From: Gemmatimonadales bacterium
GTDB lineage: Bacteria > Gemmatimonadota > Gemmatimonadetes > Gemmatimonadales > GWC2-71-9
Direction: 5' to 3'
Assembly: GCA_035309945.1 (NCBI GenBank)
Contig: DATGEQ010000035.1
Span: 4,292-68,291, forward strand
Length of the DNA: 64,000 nt
Under the pieces are notes generated by a model. It ran no database searches, had not been told where the DNA came from, and saw nothing but the letters and a program-made list of their open reading frames with translations. Below are positions 1-7,949 of the stretch, one piece after another. How positions within the stretch are numbered: position 1 is the stretch's first letter; every line of letters begins with the position of its first letter. A program made the translations under genes and the position numbers.

Positions 1-601
1 GCGCCGGCGCGAGCGCGCCCGGCAACGGCTCCGACCCCGCGCGTTGCGCGACAAACGGCAGGAAATGCGCCCAACTGCCGGCGCGCAGCACGAGAGCGAG
101 AATTGCGAGCAACGCCAGTGCGCCGACCTTGAGTGCGGTGAGCCACTGCATCAGCAGTGCGCCGCGGCGCACACCCGCGATACTGACGGCGGCCAGGATT
201 GCGATGGCTCCGATGGCGATCAGCTTCAGCACGACACCCGAAATGCCGAGCGCATAGCCGACGTAGCTCGCGAGTCCCATCGCCAGGGCGGCGGTGATAC
301 CGGGATCCATGACCAGCAGGCACTTCCAGCCATAGAGAAATGCGACGAGCGGGCCGAATGCTTCGCGGAGATAGACGTAGCCGCCGCCCGCCTCCGGGAA
401 GCGCGCGGCGAGCGCGCCATAGCACAGCGCGCCGCTCAGCGCCATCGCCCCCATGGCGAGCCACACGACGAGCAGCCAGAAGGGCGAACCCACCGCCCGC
501 GCCATGGTTGCAGGGGTAAGAAAGATCCCGATCGCAATCACCTCGCCGATCACGAGGGTGCTCAGGGCGCCGACGCCGAGGTCGCGGGACAGACGGTTCA
601 T
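1..601 (-). CDS. APC-family amino acid/polyamine permease, 5' part (runs off window edge)
   Basis: Manual translation from ATG at 601: MNRLSRDLGVGALSTLVIGEVIAIGIFLTPATMARAVGSPFWLLVVWLAMGAMALSGALCYGALAARFPEAGGGYVYLREAFG. This has the APC TM1 GIF motif and the P-x-AGG-Y-YL-EAFG motif. Confidence 0.88.
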   Translation of the reverse strand, partial: MNRLSRDLGVGALSTLVIGEVIAIGIFLTPATMARAVGSPFWLLVVWLAMGAMALSGALCYGALAARFPEAGGGYVYLREAFGPLVAFLYGWKCLLVMDPGITAALAMGLASYVGYALGISGVVLKLIAIGAIAILAAVSIAGVRRGALLMQWLTALKVGALALLAILALVLRAGSWAHFLPFVAQRAGSEPLPGALAPA

Positions 602-654
602 GAGTGGGCACTAAGCTCTAGGAACCGAGTGGCAACCGCCAGTCTCTTCGCCGC

Positions 655-693
655 TTAAAGACTCGCTCAAGCGTTTCTCAACCGATTTTCAGG
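655..693. promoter_or_regulatory. Four direct repeats at 11-bp period (TTAAag/CTCAag/CTCAac/TTCAgg), candidate OmpR/PhoB-family operator
   Basis: Repeat starts at 655, 666, 677 and 688, in an intergenic region. Confidence 0.45.
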
Positions 694-712
694 CGCCGGG
701 CCCGCGGATCCG

Positions 713-969
713 ATGCCGGTGCCATCCCCAAGCTGCGCGCGAGCCTCGCCGCGGCCATCGGCGCCGAATTCGAGATCTATACGCAGCCGCCGCGCGAGAT
801 GCTCATCCGCCGGCTCGGCCAGGCGCTCGCGCAGACCTCACGACAGGTGAACACGCTCGAGCGCCGGCTGGCGCCGGTGTTGCGCGGCACCGTGACCCGA
901 ATTCGCCGGGCCCTCGATGAGCGGGAGCGAGAAGAGCGGTTGCGCCTCAAGCGATTGAAAAGGCGTTAA
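713..969 (+). pseudogene. Small helical hypothetical ORF, apparently frameshifted near its start
   Basis: The frame ending TAA 967-969 reads IPKLRASLAAAIGAEFEIYTQPPREMLIRRLGQALAQ...KRLKRR with GC-rich third positions. It has no early in-frame start. ATG 713 is one base out of frame. Confidence 0.3.
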
Positions 970-1009
970 CAGCGCCTTCATGGAGGTTTTATCCCCTGGT
1001 CGTTATCCC
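966..1009 (+). promoter_or_regulatory. Candidate promoter of the cytochrome operon with 11-bp phased repeats
   Basis: TTAACA (966), TTCATG (977), TTTATC (988), then TATCCC at 1004, 16 nt after the last repeat start. SD GGAGG precedes ATG 1038. Confidence 0.4.
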
Positions 1010-1037
1010 TCTCCTACAGCACCCATAGGGAGGTGCA

Positions 1038-1667
1038 ATGCGTGGTCTCGTGATCGCGATGTTCGTCGGCGCTGTGTCGGTTAGCGGTGGCTGCCAGCAG
1101 GCGGCACCGAAGGAAAACGGGTCGCCTCCGGGACGGCCCGGCGGTTTGAACCGGCAGGACGAGCTGTTGCTCGCTGCCGCGAATGTCGCGCTGCCGCCTC
1201 CGGGCATTACGGCTTCCGATCTTCCCGAGCCGAATTCGATGGGTGCCAAGCTGGTGGCCACTTACTGCGGACAATGCCACAACATGCCGACGCCTCAGAT
1301 GCACAGCGCCACCGATTGGCCGGGCGTCGCGCGCCGGATGTGGCTGCGTATGGGACTTTTGTCGCCGTCGTTGGGGGTGAAGGTGCCGACGATGGCTGAT
1401 CGATTCGCGATGCTGGATTATCTCACGGCAAATGCTTTGAAGGTGAGCGGCGCGACGCTGCCCGCGGGCCGTGGTCGCGAGGCGTTCGCCGAGATCTGCA
1501 GCCGTTGTCACGCGCTGCCCGATCCGCGCGTGCACTCGAGCGCCGATTGGCCGACGGTGTTCGCGCGCATGGAGCAGAACATGATTCGGATGCAGGTGCC
1601 GCCACCGACGAGAGAGCAGACGTCCGACCTGTTGCTCTATCTGCAGACAGTTGCGTCACGCCCATGA
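1038..1667 (+). CDS. Diheme c-type cytochrome, probable lipoprotein
   Basis: Signal peptide ending VSGGC. Two CxxCH motifs (CGQCH, CSRCH) in two similar ~60-aa repeats. SD present. Confidence 0.85.
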   Translation: MRGLVIAMFVGAVSVSGGCQQAAPKENGSPPGRPGGLNRQDELLLAAANVALPPPGITASDLPEPNSMGAKLVATYCGQCHNMPTPQMHSATDWPGVARRMWLRMGLLSPSLGVKVPTMADRFAMLDYLTANALKVSGATLPAGRGREAFAEICSRCHALPDPRVHSSADWPTVFARMEQNMIRMQVPPPTREQTSDLLLYLQTVASRP

Positions 1668-1725
1668 AGACGGCGCGCTCGCTGGAATGTTCGATGACGT
1701 GTAGCATCGCGGCCGGGAGGAATCC

Positions 1726-3330
1726 ATGAAAGTTGCACGCTTCGCCATCGGTGCCCTTGTGTTGTTCGCGCTCGGCGCGTGTACCAACGACAAGATCGTC
1801 TACCGCGACCGGCCATCCTTCAATCCACCCCCCGACAGTGTCAACGGATTCCTCGGTTACTTCACGGTCTCGACGAAACAGACCAGCTGCGGCAACTGCC
1901 ACGTCGGGGTGCAGCAGGAGTGGGCGTCGACAAAGCACTCGCATGCGTGGGCCGATCTCCAGGGATCGGGACACGCCGCGAAGTACTGCAACTCTTGCCA
2001 CAGCGTGTCCGAGCTAGGCAATGCCGTTGGACACTCCGCGGGCTATTCGCTCAAGCCCGATTCCGCGTATCAGGACGTGCAGTGTGAAAGCTGCCACGGC
2101 CCGGGGTTCACGCACGCGGATAACCCCGACATCAACGCCAACTGGCCGCTTGCGCGGATTCACGTCGACACGGGCGTGACCACGTCGTGCAGCGGCTGTC
2201 ACTCGGGCGCTCACGATCCGTTCATCGAGCAGTGGAAGGAGTCCGGCCACGGCTCGGGTCCGGGGTTTGCCGTTGCCGCGACGAACGCGAGCTGCGCGCC
2301 CTGCCACGAAGGCCGGACCGCGATGGCGGTGAAGTTTGGCGAGAACGCGAACTTCGTGGAGAAGAGCAGCGCCACGCCCGAGCGGATCGGCTGCGTCACC
2401 TGCCACAATCCGCACGGCTCGCCGAACACCGCGCAGCTGCGCGCGCCGCTCGAGACCCCCACGCGCGACCAGTTGTGCGTCACGTGCCACTCGCGTAGCG
2501 GCACGCCGCCCTGGAGCGTGGCCGCGTCGGGTGGGACCTCACGCGGCGCCCACGGCGCGCAGGGACTCCTGCTGCTCGGCGAGAATGTGGGCTGGATCCC
2601 GCCGAACTTCACCTACGACACGAGCCAGATCGTGAGCACCCACGGGACCTCCGCAAATCCGAGGCTGTGCGCGACCTGTCACGTGGTGCGCGCGACGATC
2701 ACCGACAAGATCACGGGAGCGTTCACGTTCCAGAGCGTCGGACATACGTTCGACGCCATTCCGTGTCCCGACTCGTCCGGTATCCCGGGCCCATGCTCCA
2801 GCGCGGTCGCGCCCGACACCGTCCACGATTTCAGCGCCTGCGCGACCAGCGGCTGTCATAGCGCCGCCGCCACGGCGCGCAGCGCGTATGTCACGTTCAA
2901 AGGCCGGCTCGACAATCTGCTGGACCAAATCTGGACCGATAGCAACGGCAACGGCATCGTCGATTCGACCGACGGCGGGCTGATCCCGCAGCTGGTCGCC
3001 CGGACGCAGCGGCCCACCGCGACCGCGGCCGATACGGCGGCGATCAATTTCGGCACCACCACGACGACGGTGGCAAAGGGTGCGCTGTGGAATGCGGCGC
3101 TCGCGGCCACCGAAGACCGTCCATACTTCTTGAGCGGCAAGATCTTGAATAGAACCTTCGCCACGCACATGGCGTCGGGAAACGGCGTCCACAACCCGTT
3201 CCTGCTCGAGGCCCTGTTGACCTCGTCCATCGACGCGCTGCATTCGACCTACAGCCTGCCGACGCCGCCGATCAGTCTCCAGGTGCAGGCCATCCGGCCG
3301 CCCGGCGTCAAGACGCGGGCTGGACAGTAG
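1726..3330 (+). CDS. Multiheme c-type cytochrome lipoprotein (8 CxxCH + 1 CX4CH)
   Basis: Lipobox LGAC. Motifs CGNCH, CNSCH, CESCH, CSGCH, CAPCH, CVTCH x2, CATCH, CATSGCH. The VQCESCHGPG segment is c554-like. SD GGAGG. Confidence 0.92.
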   Translation: MKVARFAIGALVLFALGACTNDKIVYRDRPSFNPPPDSVNGFLGYFTVSTKQTSCGNCHVGVQQEWASTKHSHAWADLQGSGHAAKYCNSCHSVSELGNAVGHSAGYSLKPDSAYQDVQCESCHGPGFTHADNPDINANWPLARIHVDTGVTTSCSGCHSGAHDPFIEQWKESGHGSGPGFAVAATNASCAPCHEGRTAMAVKFGENANFVEKSSATPERIGCVTCHNPHGSPNTAQLRAPLETPTRDQLCVTCHSRSGTPPWSVAASGGTSRGAHGAQGLLLLGENVGWIPPNFTYDTSQIVSTHGTSANPRLCATCHVVRATITDKITGAFTFQSVGHTFDAIPCPDSSGIPGPCSSAVAPDTVHDFSACATSGCHSAAATARSAYVTFKGRLDNLLDQIWTDSNGNGIVDSTDGGLIPQLVARTQRPTATAADTAAINFGTTTTTVAKGALWNAALAATEDRPYFLSGKILNRTFATHMASGNGVHNPFLLEALLTSSIDALHSTYSLPTPPISLQVQAIRPPGVKTRAGQ

Positions 3331-3349
3331 ATCGAATAGCAGACATCTG

Positions 3350-5227
3350 TTGATCATGCTGGTGCTCCAGCAGACGGCAGTCGGCCCGCCGCCCTTACCG
3401 GGCGGCGTGGCTGCTGTTTTACGCTTCTTCTTCAATCTGCCGCAGTGGTTCCAGATCGGCGGGTTCTTTGTCGGCCTTGCGGTAGCAGCCTGGCTCATCG
3501 TGTACGTGTGGCGCCGCAGGCTGCTCATCGTCGGCTGGATCAAGACGCGGCAGCGGGGCGTGAAGATCGCGCTGGTATCGGTCGCGGCCGTCGCCGTCCT
3601 CGGCGGCACCGGCGTTGGCACCGTCAGCTGGAACTACATGCAACACGACAACGCGTTCTGCACCGGCTGCCACATCATGAAGGTGCCGTTTCAGCGGTTC
3701 ACCGGCTCGAAGCACGATTCGCTCAGCTGCCACTCGTGTCACCAGCAGTCGATCTTCGCGAGCATGCGGCAACTGTATCTCTGGGTCGCCGATCGTCCGC
3801 AGAGCATCAAGATGCACGCCAAGGTGCCGACCCCCGTTTGCGCCGCCTGCCACGTCCAGGGAGACAAAGAGAAGGAAAAGTGGAAGCGCATCGCGACGAC
3901 GGCGGGTCATCGCGTCCACCTGGAGTCTGATTCGAGCGCGTTGCGTAACGTGCAGTGCACCACCTGCCACGGCCTCGAGGTGCATCGCTTCGTGCCGGCG
4001 GATTCTACGTGCGGGCAATCAGGGTGCCACAGCAACGTGCAGATTCGCCTGGGCAAGATGGCGGGGCAGACAGGCTTCCATTGCATTGCCTGCCACCAAT
4101 TCACGGCCGAGGTGCCCCTGCTCGCCACGCGCGATTCGGCGGCGGGAACGCTGCGCCCCGGCGCGCACGAGTGTTTCAGCTGTCACCAGATGCGCGAGAA
4201 GCTGGCGGACTTCGATCCCTCGCGTGATCCGCACCGCCAGACCTGCGGCATGTGCCACAATCCGCACCAGCAGACCCGCCCGGCCGATGCGCTCAAGAGC
4301 TGCGCGTCGGCGGGGTGCCACGTCGACTGGCGCGACGAGCCCTTCCACACGGGCCAACCGCACAGCCGAGTCGCACAGCAGTGCGAGCTGTGCCACCAGC
4401 CGCACGCCGCCAGCGTCGACGCGAGCGACTGCGCCGGTTGTCACGCGGCGGTCAAGCAGCGCACACACGGGCACGTGAATCCGCCGCAGGCGTTCGACAC
4501 CACGCGGGCGTTGCGGCGAGTTTCCTTCAACGCGATTCCCGACGTGGAGCTCAAGGGCAAGGGCGATGCGAACCCACCGCGCGCCGCCCCCGCTTCCCGG
4601 CTCCCAACACCCGCCGACAGCTTCTCGCACGACCGTCATAAACAACTCGCCTGTCTCACTTGCCACGTCACCCGCCAGCCCAATGCCAGCCTCACATTCG
4701 CGCCGCCACGCGGGTGCCAGATCTGTCACCATCAGACCCCCGCCGCGAGCGATTGCGCCAAGTGCCATACGCCCGATCAACTCGCACCGGCGCACGCCGA
4801 GACCGTCGCAGTCGCCGTGGCGAACCATGCGGCGCGTGCGCGGGCTGTGGCATTCTCACATACGACGCATAGCCAGCTGCGCTGCACGCGCTGCCACACG
4901 ACGGCGGTTTCACTGGATCCCGCCGACTCCGTCAAAGGGTGTGCCGCCTGCCACGACGATCACCATGGCCCGCGACGGGACTGCGCGAGCTGTCACACCG
5001 GTGCCGATATCCAGGCTGCGCATCGTGACTCGGTCGACACGCATGCTGCCTGCGACGCCTGCCATCGCGAAGCTACCGTCGCGCGGCTCGTGCCGGATCG
5101 CGGACTGTGCATCACGTGTCACGCCAAGCAGCGCGATCACTACGCGGCGCGCGAATGCACAGCCTGTCATTTCCTCGCGACTCCTGACGAGTACCGTGCG
5201 CACTTGCGGAAGGTGGGGGGCGCGTGA
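3350..5227 (+). CDS. NapC/NirT-like membrane-anchored multiheme cytochrome c (18 CxxCH + 2 CX4CH)
   Basis: Two N-terminal hydrophobic helices, then NapC-like WNYMQHDNAFCTGCH, followed by 19 further heme motifs. Confidence 0.9.
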   Translation: MIMLVLQQTAVGPPPLPGGVAAVLRFFFNLPQWFQIGGFFVGLAVAAWLIVYVWRRRLLIVGWIKTRQRGVKIALVSVAAVAVLGGTGVGTVSWNYMQHDNAFCTGCHIMKVPFQRFTGSKHDSLSCHSCHQQSIFASMRQLYLWVADRPQSIKMHAKVPTPVCAACHVQGDKEKEKWKRIATTAGHRVHLESDSSALRNVQCTTCHGLEVHRFVPADSTCGQSGCHSNVQIRLGKMAGQTGFHCIACHQFTAEVPLLATRDSAAGTLRPGAHECFSCHQMREKLADFDPSRDPHRQTCGMCHNPHQQTRPADALKSCASAGCHVDWRDEPFHTGQPHSRVAQQCELCHQPHAASVDASDCAGCHAAVKQRTHGHVNPPQAFDTTRALRRVSFNAIPDVELKGKGDANPPRAAPASRLPTPADSFSHDRHKQLACLTCHVTRQPNASLTFAPPRGCQICHHQTPAASDCAKCHTPDQLAPAHAETVAVAVANHAARARAVAFSHTTHSQLRCTRCHTTAVSLDPADSVKGCAACHDDHHGPRRDCASCHTGADIQAAHRDSVDTHAACDACHREATVARLVPDRGLCITCHAKQRDHYAARECTACHFLATPDEYRAHLRKVGGA

Positions 5228-6714
5228 AGCGACTCGTCGCGCTCGTGGCTCTGCTCGCGGCTCCGCTGGCGGGGCAGGGGTATCGGCTCAAAGTCGATAA
5301 TCGCGTTCAGGCGATCAGCTACCGCGGGCTCGAGCTCGACAGCATCGCGGTGACCGATACCATATCGGGACCCAGCGGCGGTCCGACAACGCCTGACGGC
5401 TTCGCGGTCCGTTGCCCCAGCGGCGCGGCTTACTGCCTGTACTTCCGTCCCGGGCCCGTCAGGCACGGCGCGCCGCTTGTGACCACCGCTGACCTCTCAG
5501 TGTGGGGCTTCGGCGTAAGCGGCCTGAGCGCCCACGTGACGGCGCGTGGCGCCCGGGACCTGACCGGCGACAACGCGTGGCCCGGCTCGGATCCGGCGAT
5601 CCAGCTGCTCACCGGTTACGCGGAATACAACCGCGAGCGGATCACGGTCCGCTTGGGCCGCGACCTGAACTACAACCGGCTCGGCACGATCGGGTTCGAC
5701 GGCGGAAGCATTACGCTGCGCGATGGACGGCGCGGGCTCGACGCGTCGCTCTACGGCGGCTGGGGACTCGCGCGCGGCGCGGCGCTGCCGGTGACCAGTC
5801 CCGTCGTGAATCCGATCAACGACTTCCAGCCGAGCCAGCGCCAGCTGCTGCTCGGTGTCAGCGCCGGTTGGTCGGGCAGCCACGGCGATTTGCGTGGCGA
5901 GTACCTGCGCGAGGTGGATCCGCATACCGACTACTTCGTCTCGGAGCGCGTGGGTTTTTCGGGCGAGCTCCGGCCGGTGCCACGCTGGAGTCTGGCCGCC
6001 GGTGCCGATTATGACCTGGCCGCCGGATTGTGGGGCAGTGCCGAAGCGACGTTGGGGTACGCCACGCCTGCCGTGACGAGCGCGGTCGGCGTCCGCCGGT
6101 ACAGGCCGCATTTCGATCTTTGGACGATCTGGGGCGCGTTCAGTCCCGTGCCCTACAACGCCATTCAGGCGCAAGTCACGGTCAAGGCCATGCCGCACGT
6201 GGAGATCCGCGGGCGCGGCGAACGCTATCGCTTCGATGACGCCGGCGTGTCCACGCCGCTCGTTGAGGTCGAGCAATCGGGTTGGCGCGGCGAGCTGGGT
6301 CTCACGGCAACGCCGCGACCGGAATGGACGATCGACGCCGGCTACACGCGCGAATTCGGACCCGGGGCGGCCGTGGCGGGAACGAGCGCGAGCATCACGT
6401 ATCAGCCAAGCAAGTTGTATGCGATCACCGCACACGGCGCGGCAATGGACCGGCCGCTCGAGCTCCGCTTCAGTGAGTCGGTCCTGCATCTCTACGGGAT
6501 TGAAGGCCGCATCCAGCCGCAGCCGGGACTCGCGCTCGAGCTCGGCGCCGAGCGATATGCGGAACAGCGGCAGCGGCCCGATCCCGCGGCCATGGACTGG
6601 AGTCAGTGGCGCGTCACATTGCGCGCGGTGTTCTCAATTGGCAGCAGCGACGACGATCTCCGGAACCTGCCGCCGGCCACGCATCGGATGCCCGGCGGGC
6701 GGGCACAACGATGA
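5224..6714 (+). CDS. Outer-membrane beta-barrel (porin-like) protein
   Basis: Signal peptide. Many amphipathic strands with alternating hydrophobic/aromatic residues (e.g. WRGELGLTATP, WRVTLRAVF). GTGA/ATGA overlaps with both flanking cytochrome genes. Confidence 0.72.
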   Translation: MKRLVALVALLAAPLAGQGYRLKVDNRVQAISYRGLELDSIAVTDTISGPSGGPTTPDGFAVRCPSGAAYCLYFRPGPVRHGAPLVTTADLSVWGFGVSGLSAHVTARGARDLTGDNAWPGSDPAIQLLTGYAEYNRERITVRLGRDLNYNRLGTIGFDGGSITLRDGRRGLDASLYGGWGLARGAALPVTSPVVNPINDFQPSQRQLLLGVSAGWSGSHGDLRGEYLREVDPHTDYFVSERVGFSGELRPVPRWSLAAGADYDLAAGLWGSAEATLGYATPAVTSAVGVRRYRPHFDLWTIWGAFSPVPYNAIQAQVTVKAMPHVEIRGRGERYRFDDAGVSTPLVEVEQSGWRGELGLTATPRPEWTIDAGYTREFGPGAAVAGTSASITYQPSKLYAITAHGAAMDRPLELRFSESVLHLYGIEGRIQPQPGLALELGAERYAEQRQRPDPAAMDWSQWRVTLRAVFSIGSSDDDLRNLPPATHRMPGGRAQR

Positions 6715-7895
6715 TCGCCCCCGCCGCTCTTCTCGCGCTCGCGCTGCTGCAGCAGCCTGTGCAGGGCTTCGATCATCTGCAGCACAAGAACCTGTTCCCC
6801 TCGTGCAGGACGTGCCATGCCGGCGCGCTGCAGAACGGCGTGTCGCTCTGGCCCGATGCGCGTTCCTGCGCGACGTGCCACGACGGTACGATCCAAAAGA
6901 CCGTCAACTGGCAGCCGCCGCCACCGCGCCGGATGAATCTCCGCTTCGATCACGTCATTCACGCCACGAAGGCGAAAGACAAGGCGCCGGCGTGTGTCAC
7001 CTGTCACGCGCGCGCCGGCGAGCCGCGCATGGCCGTGCGCGAGCCTGTGGTGGAGCGGTGTCTCACCTGTCACGGGATTCAAACGGCCCATCTTGCGGCG
7101 CCGGACACCGCGTGCGCCACGTGCCACGTTCCACTCGTCCGTGCCGCCACGCTCACGCGCGACGATATCGCGCGCTTTCCGGCGCCGCCGTCGCATGCGA
7201 CGCCCGATTTCTTGAGCCGGGCCGGCCACGGCGCCGCCTCGCGGCAAACGATGGGCAACAGCTGCGCGACGTGCCACGCGCGCGAGTTCTGCTATCAATG
7301 CCACGCCGGCTCGGCGCCGCCACGGGCAATCGCGTGGCTCGCGTCCGACCTCCGCGCGACCGCAATCGGCGCGCGGGCGGCGCCCCCGAGCCACGGCGCC
7401 AATTTCGCCGATCGTCACGCGACCGAAGCAGCCGCGTCCACCGCCCGTTGCAGCGGTTGTCACGTGCGCGCCGACTGCCTGGAATGCCATCGACCGAGCG
7501 CCGGCTCGCGCGGCGCCGGCTACCATCCCGACGGATTCCTCGCGCGGCATCCGGCGTCGGCCTATGCGCGGCAAGCCTCCTGCAGCGACTGCCACAACGT
7601 CGGATCGTTTTGCACGAGCTGTCATGCGCGCGCCGGCCTCACGGCCAAGGGCGTATTGCGCGCGGGCTATCATGATGCGCGGAGCTTCTTCCTCGCGGGG
7701 CACGGCCAAGCCGCGCGGCAGGGACTCGAGTCGTGCGTCAGCTGTCACGCCGAGCGCGACTGCCTGACCTGTCACTCCGCGCTGGGCGGGCGGCGCTTCG
7801 ATCCCCACGGGCCCGGGTTCGACGCGGCGAAGCTTCGCCGCACCGCCTTCCCGATGTGCACCGTCTGCCACGGCGCGAGCGTCCCGACGCAGTAA
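6711..7895 (+). CDS. Secreted 14-heme c-type cytochrome (c3-like N-terminus plus repeated diheme modules)
   Basis: Start ATG 6711 overlaps the porin stop. Signal peptide MIAPAALLALALLQQPVQG. 14 CxxCH motifs. Confidence 0.9.
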   Translation: MIAPAALLALALLQQPVQGFDHLQHKNLFPSCRTCHAGALQNGVSLWPDARSCATCHDGTIQKTVNWQPPPPRRMNLRFDHVIHATKAKDKAPACVTCHARAGEPRMAVREPVVERCLTCHGIQTAHLAAPDTACATCHVPLVRAATLTRDDIARFPAPPSHATPDFLSRAGHGAASRQTMGNSCATCHAREFCYQCHAGSAPPRAIAWLASDLRATAIGARAAPPSHGANFADRHATEAAASTARCSGCHVRADCLECHRPSAGSRGAGYHPDGFLARHPASAYARQASCSDCHNVGSFCTSCHARAGLTAKGVLRAGYHDARSFFLAGHGQAARQGLESCVSCHAERDCLTCHSALGGRRFDPHGPGFDAAKLRRTAFPMCTVCHGASVPTQ

Positions 7896-7899
7896 AGAT

Positions 7900-7943
7900 C
7901 TCACACGCGTTTCACGCCGGCTTCAAGGCGGCGGTCGTAATTT
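7900..7943 (+). promoter_or_regulatory. Candidate promoter: three 11-bp phased repeats plus -10 TAATTT
   Basis: CTCACA 7900, TTCACG 7911, TTCAAG 7922. TAATTT at 7938-7943. Confidence 0.5.
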
Positions 7944-7949
7944 CTACGC

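Noticed and set aside
1665-6714. UGA stops of cytochrome/porin genes as selenocysteine read-through
   Set aside because: Two are ordinary GTGA/ATGA overlaps. The one at 1667 is followed by another stop within ten codons and no SECIS-like hairpin.
5224-7895. Naming the genes mtrB/mtrA
   Set aside because: Lengths and heme counts (14 and 20 versus 10) differ and I recognise no Mtr-specific motifs. Homology cannot be established by eye.
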